Shown here one piece after another: positions 1 to 9,617 of a stretch of DNA of 30,932 nt; the first letter of the stretch is position 1, and each line of letters begins with the position of its first letter. Position numbers and translations under genes: made by a program. The DNA is taken from the NCBI GenBank assembly GCA_020184695.1, contig JAANOX010000010.1, positions 1-30,932 of the forward strand. Reading direction: 5' to 3'. The notes beneath the pieces were generated by a model. It did no database searches, was not told the DNA's origin, and saw nothing but the letters and a program-made list of their open reading frames with translations. The stretch is from Histomonas meleagridis 2922-C6/04-290x (lineage: Eukaryota; Protista; Parabasalia).

Positions 1-251
1 AGTGCATTTGCTACACCATCTATAACAGGTGAGAATTTATCTGCTATTTTAATTCCTTTTGCAATAGCACCTGCATGACCAGGTAAATTTTCAATTCCAG
101 GTATTTTACCTACTGTATTTACAACAAGTTTAGCTACTTTATTCCATACATTACCAATAAATCTTCCGACTGGTTTAATAATTTTATTTTTAATCCAAGC
201 ACCTGCTTTTTTAAATCCATTTTTAATTTTGTTCCAAAAACTCCAAGCCAT
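1..251 (-). CDS. small amphipathic-leader protein 1 (3' end outside window; not in the ORF track)
   Basis: ATG at 251; open frame MAWSFWNKIKNGFKKAGAWIKNKIIKPVGRFIGNVWNKVAKLVVNTVGKIPGIENLPGHAGAIAKGIKIADKFSPVIDGVANAL. A homologous copy lies at 29459-29790. Confidence 0.75.
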   Translation of the reverse strand, partial: MAWSFWNKIKNGFKKAGAWIKNKIIKPVGRFIGNVWNKVAKLVVNTVGKIPGIENLPGHAGAIAKGIKIADKFSPVIDGVANA

Positions 252-286
252 AAATAATAATATATATAAAATATTAATTCTTTTTT

Positions 287-520
287 TTATTGATAAAATA
301 TGAGATGGATCTTGTCATTTGCTTCATTTCCTATATTTTTAAATAATAAAATTATTTTATCACCGGTTTCAAATATTTTATCCATAGGTAACTTTTTAAA
401 AGGTCTTATTTTTTTAATGTCTTCTTTATGTTGTTTAGCAAATTCATAACCTTTCACAATATGTGGACTAATTTTTTTAAATCCTTCTTTCATTTTTTTG
501 AGTAAGTTATATTTTCTTAT
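287..520 (-). pseudogene. small amphipathic-leader protein 2, N-terminal leader deleted in this copy
   Basis: Matches 29825-30097 from MKEGFKK onward, but the MAWGLWNKFKNG-coding segment present in copy C is missing here. Confidence 0.7.
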
Positions 521-534
521 GTTTCAGTAATAAG

Positions 535-765
535 TTATTTGTTTATTAAATCCTGTAATATTAACTTATTCCTAACTTTTTCTTTTACATCTTTAAATAT
601 TATTTTATCATTAGGTTTATATGGTAGAATTCTATTTTTATTACCTAAATTCTTTTCATGTTCTAACCATTTTTTCACATTTTTGTTGAATTTTTCTTGT
701 TGTTCTTTACTTAACTGAAATTTGCTCAAACCTTTTTTAATTTTATTCCAAAAACCCCAACCCAT
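535..765 (-). CDS. small amphipathic-leader protein 3 (76 aa, basic)
   Basis: MGWGFWNKIKKGLSKF...; TCATA Inr-like motif upstream; homologue at 30118-30348. Confidence 0.75.
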   Translation of the reverse strand: MGWGFWNKIKKGLSKFQLSKEQQEKFNKNVKKWLEHEKNLGNKNRILPYKPNDKIIFKDVKEKVRNKLILQDLINK

Positions 766-774
766 TTAAAAATT

Positions 775-792
775 ATGAAAAATATTTTTCAT
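775..792. promoter_or_regulatory. perfect 18-bp palindrome ATGAAAAATATTTTTCAT providing back-to-back TCAT Inr-like motifs for divergent genes
   Basis: Lies in the 35-bp spacer between ATG 765(-) and ATG 801(+); identical at 30358-30375. Promoter function is inferred from the trichomonad Inr consensus. Confidence 0.55.
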
Positions 793-1525
793 TTTTATTA
801 ATGTATTATAATAAATTACAAATTATGTCTAATAAAATATCTACTGGTTATCAACAAAATGAATGTTGTCGTGAAGGTTATTGTTATTCTACAATTAAAC
901 CCTATGCTGAAAAGAAAACTAGGAAATATACACATTCTTTATATGAAAATGTTTCAGAATATTCTCAATCTGTTTGTGGTACTTATGTTGATTTAAATAC
1001 AATTGCAGATGGAAATAAACATGATATCGAATTTGAAATGAATCTTCCATTTGAAGATATATTAGCTTTACAAGCATTTGATTTATATCCAAATAGATTA
1101 GTTGGTGATATAGAATTAAAGTTTTATGTTATTCAAAATGGTTTAGTATGGTGTCAAGTAGATCCACGTAAAATTAAAGAAGTTAAAGAATTTTTAGAAG
1201 ATTCTACTATTAATGCTATATTTAATAATTTACCTTTATTTACTCATGGTTTTACTCAAATAGGTAATTCTGCTAATATTACTACTACATTTAAATATGA
1301 TACTGAAACTAATCATACTATTGATACTGCAACTGAGAATGTTTCTTTATATTGTACAGGTTTAACAGTAGTTTCATGTAAATCTAATATGTTTGGATTT
1401 GGAGTTAAAGAAGAAACTTTAAATAAAATAGCTCAAATACTTCAACAACCTGGAGGTTTAATAATTCCTTCACAACAATTAGATTATAATGCATTTGCTT
1501 TAGCTGCTACTGAATCTGGTATACA

Positions 1526-2673
1526 TGTAGTAACCCGATTTGATCTCCAAATAAACGGTCATATATCGTAAAAAAAATTAACGGTTTTGATTGTTACTTA
1601 TTCGACCGGTCGGTTATTGATCGGTATGCATTGGAAAACTAGGTTTTTCAACATCGACCGATCAACCGACGGGTGTTTGTGTGCAATGTTTTTGTGCTAA
1701 TTGGAACGGTTGTGGTTAGATTATACTGGTGATAACGCAATTTCAACTGCAACAGAATACAAAACAGGTGGGTCGGTTGATGTTGATCGATTGATCAGTA
1801 GATCGATTGTCTTCATCGATCACCATGCTTTGCCAAACAAAGTCTGATAAAGAGTTCAAACATTTCAGTCAGAAAAAAGTATGCTAAATTTTTATTTAGC
1901 AGATATCTTTTTGACGAATTCAACTTCGTCAGGGCATCCAGGTGACCAATGAGGTTCACTCAGCCACATGTCTGATGGTGTCATCCACTTTCTTGTCATC
2001 TCATGAAGACCGTGGTGTCTCCATGCAAAGTTATATTCATAAATGACAGTTTGAAGATCGGATGCACCTTTGATATTTCATATGTTTCCACCACTCTTCC
2101 ATTTTCCCATTTTGTTGTGGTGTGTATGGTGCAGTTCGCAATCTTTATCCCATTGTGTGAAAGAATAGCTTGGTAGGGTTTACCAACAAACCTCCATTGT
2201 CGATAACAATCCGAGCTAGAGCTGAGGCATTTGTGATCTCTGATGGCTTTCCCCGTTGGATCTCTGGAAATGGAACTTGAGCAAGAGCAAATTCTTTTTT
2301 AAGGCGCTTGATTCCTATTTTTTCTTCCTTCATCAGCCCCTTGATTGTTTGCTTGTGTTCTTTTATTCTTCGTTCAAATTCTAATATTTGTTCGAATGTA
2401 TAGATTTGTTGCTTATAAGGACCTCTCTCCATTCAAAAAAAGTGAGTAAAGAATTCGAAATTAAATAATATTAATAAAGTATTACAATATTGAATTGATA
2501 CAGAAAATTCATAAATAATATTTTTATTACTTTGGTGAATCAAAATTCTAAAAATTATGCACTTTTATGACAGTTTTTATGTATGATTATTAAATATAAC
2601 CAACAACTTTTTGATTGCTTTACATCGACGACCGTTCATTCACCGTTCATTTGGAGACCAAATCGTTAGAACA
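1526..2673 (-). mobile_element. IS481-like (IS481EU-type) DNA transposon, internally deleted
   Basis: TGT...ACA ends. Imperfect ~33-bp TIRs (TGTAGTAACCCGATTTGATCTCCAAATAAACGGT vs reverse complement TGTTCTAACGATTTGGTCTCCAAATGAACGGT). Perfect 16-bp TSD CTGAATCTGGTATACA at 1510-1525 and 2674-2689. Confidence 0.85.
1900..2432 (-). pseudogene. rve/IS481 transposase remnant
   Basis: Frameshifted motifs IVIDNGG (second D), RTAPYTPQQNGKMEEWW (catalytic E) and YEYNFAWRHHGL...TP (C-terminal YNxxRxH...TP motif); first D region absent. 3' boundary approximate. Confidence 0.8.
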
Positions 2674-3316
2674 CTGAATCTGGTATACAATCTACTATTA
2701 ATATGCCTTTATTTAATGTTACAACTATTACAGTTGTATTTCCAAAACATGCTAATGATTATACTTGTTTTGATAATCCTATTTATAATAATGTACAATT
2801 AACTATTGCAGGTCAAAATTATCCTGATGAACCAGTAAGTACTTTAGGTGCTAGATTTTGTTACAATATCAATTAGTTGCTTCTGATTTAGATGGTGGTA
2901 TACAATGTACCAAAGAATTCGAAGATTCTTTAACTATGGATAGAAATGATTCTAATGGTACAAGATATAATAATACATTAAGTGATGCTACCTCATTTAT
3001 GCTTAATATACAATGTGAACGTTCACGTGGTGGTTACGTATTCGACGGCTTATACTCTAACGGTCAAAACATCCCGATACAAATTAAGGGGCAACCTATA
3101 TATACTCAAGCTAACGATACTTATTATAATGTTGATGATACTGGAAATCATCCACCTCCTCCACAATTATTCATTTGTCGTGATACTTATTTCACATTAG
3201 ATTTACATAATGTATTGAAATATTATGCTAATGGTACTCCTGATGGTTATTAAATAAAAATTATTTGAAATTAGATCTCAATTTTATTTATATTAGAAGT
3301 ATTTTTTTTTATTTAC

Positions 3317-3544
3317 TCAATTTTGGTTGAGTGCTTCTTCAATTTGTTCATACATCGTATGAACCATCTCCGATTTTATATTCGGTCCATGTTTCTTGAT
3401 CCAATCATAAAGAAGATCAAGACTTCCCGGTACTAAGCATTCCAGGGGTTCTCTAGTGAACTCTCCTGTGCCCCAATGCACCAGGAAAGACACCACCCCA
3501 TTTTTAATGCGTGGCGCAGAGATGCTTTGAACTGGATATTTCAT
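3317..3544 (-). CDS. stand-alone chromodomain-like protein (75 aa from ATG 3544)
   Basis: YPVQSISAPRIKNGVVSFLVHWGTGEFTREPLECL fits the chromo pattern Y-x-V-x-x-I...G...(Y/F)LVxW...TxEPxxxL. Confidence 0.6.
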   Translation of the reverse strand: MKYPVQSISAPRIKNGVVSFLVHWGTGEFTREPLECLVPGSLDLLYDWIKKHGPNIKSEMVHTMYEQIEEALNQN

Positions 3545-4009
3545 TTTTAGATGTGAGGTGATTCTGAATATTTCAATACAGTTAAACTTTTTGATATATT
3601 TTTTTATTATTTTGAAACAAAACCCTTTCAAATATTAAGTACTTCGGTTAGAAATTAAGAAATATACGATCATAAAATTGAATAGCGATTATGTTGTTGT
3701 ATGATAGTTTTGATCACAATGACTTTTTGAACTGAATAAAGACTGTACTATCAAATATTTTTTTGTTTAAATAGTTTACTGATCGTATCCCATGATCTCG
3801 AAAATTAATTTATATCTTAAGTTAGTACATAACTGTAAAAATTGAATCTATCGTTAATTCAAAAGTGGGGAAATACGATAAAAATCAATTCATTTTTATA
3901 ACACTGATCCCCTGTCCATAAAAAATTACATAAAAATCATTATACATTTATTCATTCAAATGTGTCACCTTTCGAACGTTAAAAAATATTAATGACATTA
4001 AGTTTTTAT

Positions 4010-4402
4010 TTATATAACATTTTGAGCTTGATCATTTTGATTTTGAGGCATTACTGAGTTAGCATAATTTTGTAAAACATCCAATTTATTTACATAAGCA
4101 TTATAATTGTTAAAATCATCATTAAATATTTGATTTAATAATTCCATTTTAGATATTTGATAAGCTTGATCTAATTGTTCAGGTGTTATATTTTGTAAAG
4201 GATTTATTATAGTAGGATGATATTTTTCATCTATAAATTTATAAATTTGTTTTCTTAATAAATTATGATATTTATTATACACAGTTACAGTTAATGTTAT
4301 TACATTTTTATTTTTTACAATAGAAAACGAAGGTTTAATATTTATAGCACTAAAATCACAATCTTTAAATTCTTGTGCAAAGCACGTATAAAGAGATTCC
4401 AT
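4010..4402 (-). CDS. hypothetical virus protein (130 aa)
   Basis: Intact ORF, TCATT upstream, divergent from the ATPase; no recognised motif. Confidence 0.6.
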   Translation of the reverse strand: MESLYTCFAQEFKDCDFSAINIKPSFSIVKNKNVITLTVTVYNKYHNLLRKQIYKFIDEKYHPTIINPLQNITPEQLDQAYQISKMELLNQIFNDDFNNYNAYVNKLDVLQNYANSVMPQNQNDQAQNVI

Positions 4403-4441
4403 TAATAATAATGAATTGATTTTATAAAATTATTTTATTTT

Positions 4442-5242
4442 ATGGAAAACGATATTAATATTGATGCCTTAGATAATATGATTGATTATTGTTTATATAA
4501 AAATAAACCTAAATTAAATGAAGAATTAATAAGTGAAATTCATCCAGTGGTGAATGTACCTTATAATTCTTTAAATATAGCAGTAGGTAGACAAAGAAGT
4601 GGGAAAACTCAATGTATAATTAGAGAAATTATTAAAATTAGTAATATTAGTCCTAGAACTCATTTATTAATTTATATTAATAAAAATGGATTAAAAAATG
4701 ATCCCACTTTTGAATCATTAAAACCGCTAATAAAGATTACAATATTATATGTAGCTGAAAATCAAGCAGAAGATATAGTTAAAGATATATTAAAATGGAA
4801 ACAATTTTATAATGAAATTAAAAATAATCATTGGGAAAATAAAATAGTAGATAATCAAATATCTGAATTATTTGAAAAATTATATATTAATAATTTTAAT
4901 AATTTAACTTTACATACTATAATATTTTTTGAAGATTGTGCTAATAGTCCTTTATTTAAAAAACCTACTAATTATTTTAATCAATTATTTACTAAATTAT
5001 CTCATATTCAATGTTCTGTATTTTTCGCTGTACAATTTTGGAAATCTTTACCTGCTGAAGTTAAAGCTAATGTAAGTACTATATTTATATTTCCTAATTT
5101 CTCTAAACAACAATTAAGTTATATGATAGCTCAAATACCATTGCTCTATACTAAAGATCGAATTTATTCAGTTTATCAAAAACTGACAGAACATCAAAAA
5201 ATAATCGTCGACGTTAATAATCAAAAAATAAAAATTGAATAA
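4442..5242 (+). CDS. A32/FtsK-HerA family DNA packaging ATPase
   Basis: Walker A GRQRSGKT (4586-4609), Walker B-like TIIFFED, downstream H...Q motif (KLSHIQCSVFFAVQ) and LP...KAN, typical of Polinton ATPases. Confidence 0.88.
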   Translation: MENDINIDALDNMIDYCLYKNKPKLNEELISEIHPVVNVPYNSLNIAVGRQRSGKTQCIIREIIKISNISPRTHLLIYINKNGLKNDPTFESLKPLIKITILYVAENQAEDIVKDILKWKQFYNEIKNNHWENKIVDNQISELFEKLYINNFNNLTLHTIIFFEDCANSPLFKKPTNYFNQLFTKLSHIQCSVFFAVQFWKSLPAEVKANVSTIFIFPNFSKQQLSYMIAQIPLLYTKDRIYSVYQKLTEHQKIIVDVNNQKIKIE

Positions 5243-5273
5243 AAAATGAAAAATTAAAATTCATTTTTTTTTA

Positions 5274-6239
5274 ATGTTAAAAGGCCAACAGGGTATAGAT
5301 AATGAAATAGCTACTTATCTCAATGTTCTTGGTATTGATATGACTGCTGCTAAAGAAAACTTAAAACAATGGAGAAATAATCAATCCAATAAAACTATAA
5401 ATGATCTCAATAATCAAATAAAAATATGGCGAACATTAAAAACAACCATTATAGATGAGAATAATTTATGGGACAATATATTGACGTATTTACAAAATAT
5501 TCAACATCCATTTTTTGAGGATCTAGCCGCATTTCATCCAGAAGTACAAAAGGATGATGCTTTGGAAGAAACAGAATATGAAGATCATTTTTCATCAGTG
5601 CAGCCAACAATAACTATCGACGACATTAAACCAATTTTGTCTATTGAAAATCCACCATTGGGTTATGAAAAAGTGGACGGAAAATATCAAAAAAGATAAA
5701 CAAATACCAAAAGTTTACCACCACCTCCAAGACCTCATGAATATCAAATTAGAACTCATGATGGTAAAATGTATGATTTTATAGAAGATAAGAATAAATA
5801 TAAATATACTGGAGGAAGTAATGTTATATTGGATGAAAATATGGATACATTAGCTCATCTTATTCTTGATTTAAAGAAAGATGTAAAAAAAATTAGAGAG
5901 CTTCAAACAATAGAAGGTGCAAGAGAATTAGTTGAAAAACATAATAAAGATAAAAAGGATCCAAGATATCATTGGACTGCAATTGAAGAAGATATAAATA
6001 AGGATGGTATTCCAGATGTTATAGTTGCAGATCAACATAAAAGAGCAAAATTTGTAAATGGATGGACGGTTAAACAACATGACCTATATGAAAGTCAATA
6101 TATAAGATTTTTACAACAAAAATATGGTAGTCCACAAAATAGAAAACTTTTGAGAGCAAAAGGTCAACATATAGAGGATTTCGATGAATTTATTAATAAA
6201 TATATAAGAAAAGTTTCATATGATGATAATATGAATTAA
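5274..6239 (+). pseudogene. hypothetical virus protein with one in-frame stop (5697-5699), probably 3'-truncated
   Basis: ORFs 5274-5699 and 5769-6239 are in the same frame, joined by 23 sense codons; contains DINKDGIPD; TCATT upstream. Confidence 0.6.
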
Positions 6240-7248
6240 ATAAAGCTTTAGCTATAGATTCTATCGATTTCTTTGTAGTTATTTTATCATTTATTTTTGT
6301 ATTAGTATAGGCATAAAATAAAAATCTAGACCTAATTTCAACTGCTAATAAATAACAATATTTTGTTTCTGTTTTAGTGGTTTCATCATAACCAGAAAAA
6401 AATAAATCCATTTGATATTCACCATTATTACCAATATATTTTAGTTGATATTTATTTCTTTTATAAGGAAAATAATTTATATTAGGTTTAAATTGTGGAT
6501 CTAATTTTGAATAATCAATATGATATGGAAGTAAATAGTTATCAAATAAATATTTGTTTTTCGAACGAGATTTGAAACCTGTGTTAATATAAGGTGAATT
6601 CTTAGAATCTTCATAAATATTATAATTTCTATATATATTGTCATAAGGAAATTTACTAAAATATCGTAACAAATAATTACTATAAGCAGAATCGAATGTA
6701 AATACGTTCCCAATTTTATTATCGATTATTTCAATACCATATAAATATTCTTTTAATTTTTCACAATATTTATTAAATTTGAGAGGCTTTTTTTTAGCTT
6801 CAAAAAATTTGCGTGCAAACATCTCATTCAATTTTTTGATAATCGTTCTAATATAATATTCATAATGCTCTGGGATTGTTTTTCCTCCAATTTTTCCATT
6901 AATAGGTGTAATTTTTTCAGTTTTGATAAAAAGTTTAATAAAATTATATTTAAATTGCTTATAATCGTCAAATTGTTTATTTTTTATTTTTTCATCTGTT
7001 GTTCTTTCTAAGCTCACATCTATATAATAATTAACTAAATTGTTGTATGTTTCAACTAATGGCTTTGTACCAGTATTAAATTCAGGTGTAAAATTAAACT
7101 CCCTATTATATTTTTCATTCAAAAAATTAATAAAATTTTTAAGACTCAAATTACCTTTTAATTGTGAATTTTGATTATTTAATTCATTTTTAATCAATTT
7201 TTCGAATGAATCTTGTATTTCTCTCTTTCTTTTATAAACTGGATCCAT
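6193..7248 (-). pseudogene. Maverick rve integrase, truncated after the first catalytic Asp
   Basis: GEYQMDLFF...YLLAVEIRSRFLFYA...KKSIESIAKAL is the start of an rve core. Similarity stops at ~6240, where the frame runs into the antisense of the neighbouring gene. Confidence 0.75.
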
Positions 7249-7278
7249 ATAAAAAAATAAAATGAAATAAAATATTTT

Positions 7279-9252
7279 TTATTCTTCAAATACATTTAAT
7301 AAATGTTCATCTATTTTACCTGTTACTTTACCAACTATTGAATTTAATATTTTAGTAGTTATTACTAAATCATCTGATAATTTATTATTATCAAATAATA
7401 CTACATCACCAATTTCATAATCTGTAGTATTATTTACTTTAAAATAAAAATCTCCATGTGTAGCAAAATCAATAGTATCTTGTAAAATTTCGATTTCTCT
7501 TTTAATAACATCACCTATTGAAGCTTTATAACCAGTTTCATGTTTAGCTACACAAATACCTAAATATTCTTTATATGTACCTGTTGTTTTAACTGATGGA
7601 ATACAATCAGTTGATGAAGTATTTGTAACATATTTACCTTCATTGGTTAAAGCATAAACATTACCTGTTAAAAATACTGGTGAACCAATTTGAAATTGTG
7701 TTAAGTCTTCTGAAACAGGAGCATTATGAATAATAGTTGTATTTATTTGTGCAAGACCTCCAGTTCCTTCGAATGTATTAAATGTAGTTGCGATATAATA
7801 TATTGCACTATATGTATCAAGATAAGAACCATCATTTTGTTTCTTTTGTGTTACAGATTCAAAATATAATCTTCCATATTTTTTATCTGCAGTAGGTGTA
7901 CATCCATAAATTCTCCATAATAATTCTTATGTATTATCTGATTCTTCAATTATACTGTGAAATAAAGTTAATTTAGTAGATTCTAAACTAGTGAATTGAC
8001 CAGTAGCAGATTTTATATTTCCTGTATTAACAATACCATTAGTATTTACAGAGTACATAATTTCAGAGCAATTTATTTTTTTACAACCTATTGCTTCAAA
8101 AGATGAGGAGTAATAAAAACCATTTCCTTGTTTTGGTTGGAACTCAAGATAATCATCTAATGCTGTTATTCTCCAACTATAATCATTTCCATAACCATCA
8201 CTAGTATGCATATCTATGTGAGGACCTGTTTCTAAAACACCATCGTTATTAATAACTGCAATTGAAGGAACACTAATATCTAAATTTGAAGCTGAAGGTC
8301 CCGAATTTAAAGCAAAACCATTAATTGTTGAACAATGAATATCTTCTGTATTTGAACCTGTAGGAATAAATGTTAAATCATTATAACTATGTGTATGATT
8401 TGTTGCAGCATATTTTGTATCATGATTATGATCTTTTGAAGCATACTCTTCATGTGTATGTTCTGAGGGTGGAAATTTTTCAGGTTTATCAGTTAAATCA
8501 TTATAACTATGGGTATGTTCTGAAGGTGGAAATGTTTCAGGTTTATCAGTTAAATCATTATAACTATGAGTATGATCTGAAGGTGGAAATGACTGTGGTT
8601 TATCATTTAAATCAGTATAACTATGAGTATGATCTGATGAAGCATAGTTTACATGTTCATGATCTTTTTTAGCATAAATCTCATCATGATTATGATCATT
8701 TAAAGATATTTCAGATGTATCTACATTATTTATAGATGCACATTGAATATTCCCATTACTACCAAAACTTAATAATGTTCCAGTTTTTGATTTAAAATCT
8801 AATGAATTAGTATTAGCAGTTATTCTCCATGTATTATCTTTATCGTAATCTGTCTTATTATGCATATCAATATATTGACCAACTTCTACAACACCATCTT
8901 CTTTTAATGTGATAATAGCTGGAACATATAATTTTGTATCCCATTTACCACCTTCTGCAGTTGATAATTGAAAACCATTTAATGAAGTAACTTGTACATT
9001 CCCATTTACTGTTAAATCATTATTTATTGTATTATGTGTATGACTTTTTGTAGAATATTTTTCATCTGATTGTGATTTGTTATAATATAATTGTGGGATT
9101 GTAATCGAAGTTATAGTATTAAGTTTTTCTGTTATTTGATCATTTGTAGAATAATTTTCTAAAACTTCTTGTAAATCATCTTGGTCAATAATTTCAGGAG
9201 CAGCAATAACATTAGTTTTTATACCTTTTGTAGCATTCTCAATACTAAACAT
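7279..9252 (-). pseudogene. fibre/tail-fibre-like protein (657 codons) with a single premature TAA at 7927-7929
   Basis: The frame continues for 215 sense codons past the stop to TAA at 7279-7281. Contains HxH repeats and two GVxExGxxIDMH...WRITA modules. Confidence 0.7.
8452..8631 (-). repeat. 57-bp coding tandem repeat x3 (HTHSYNDLTDKPETFPPSE)
   Basis: HTH codons recur at 8631, 8574, 8517 and 8460 with exact 57-bp spacing. Confidence 0.92.
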
Positions 9253-9272
9253 TGATAAAAAATGATTTTTAT

Positions 9273-9617
9273 TTAATAAATTAATAATAATTCTAACATA
9301 AAATATTCTGGTTCAATTTCTTTACCATTCATTTCTTTAAACCATATTTTAAAATTTGGTTTTCTACTTTTATATTCATATTTCTTATATTTAGTCCTGT
9401 TTTCATTTGTATAAATACAAAAATAATCTTCATAATGATCACGTTCAATGAAATCAGCATGCATTGAAACATCAGATACTAAATATTCCTTAAATTTACA
9501 CTTACATTGTTGTACTACTATATATCTCCTCCGATTTTGAGAATCCACAAATTCAGGCGGAAAACGGTTTTCTTTTTGCGATGTACAAAAATACGTTTTG
9601 ATCACAGGTTTAAGCAT
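9273..9617 (-). CDS. small beta-rich virus protein, possible minor capsid (single jelly-roll)
   Basis: Intact 114-aa ORF, TCATT upstream; C-terminus FKIWFKEMNGKEIEPEYFMLELLLIY resembles Polinton penton C-termini, but the protein is short for a penton. Confidence 0.45.
   Translation of the reverse strand: MLKPVIKTYFCTSQKENRFPPEFVDSQNRRRYIVVQQCKCKFKEYLVSDVSMHADFIERDHYEDYFCIYTNENRTKYKKYEYKSRKPNFKIWFKEMNGKEIEPEYFMLELLLIY

Larger units (their letters stand above)
801..3253 (+). pseudogene. putative major capsid protein (double jelly-roll), disrupted
   Basis: Removing the 1526-2673 insertion and one TSD copy restores ...ESGIQSTINMPLFNVTTITVVFPKHAND...NNVQLTIAGQNYPDEP..., with a frameshift near 2857 leading into ORF 2858-3253. 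About 340 bp are deleted after MYYN relative to copy C. The reconstructed size (~550 aa) and position next to the ATPase fit an MCP; the fold is not verified. Confidence 0.6.

Noticed and set aside
748-765. N-myristoylation of MGWGFW
   Set aside because: Only one of the three paralogues has Gly2, and position 6 is Trp rather than Ser/Thr.
1637-1648. 12-bp match AACTAGGTTTTT between the IS481-like element and the pogo-like TIR (12041-12052)
   Set aside because: Short AT-rich match, plausibly chance.
5697-7929. In-frame TAA codons at 5697 and 7927 suggesting a TAA=Gln genetic code
   Set aside because: Intact genes (ATPase, IRE1-like, minor capsid) end in TAA at the expected positions; ordinary nonsense decay is simpler.
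8370-8672. Antisense ORF with repeated LNHYNY
   Set aside because: Shadow of the 57-bp fibre repeat.
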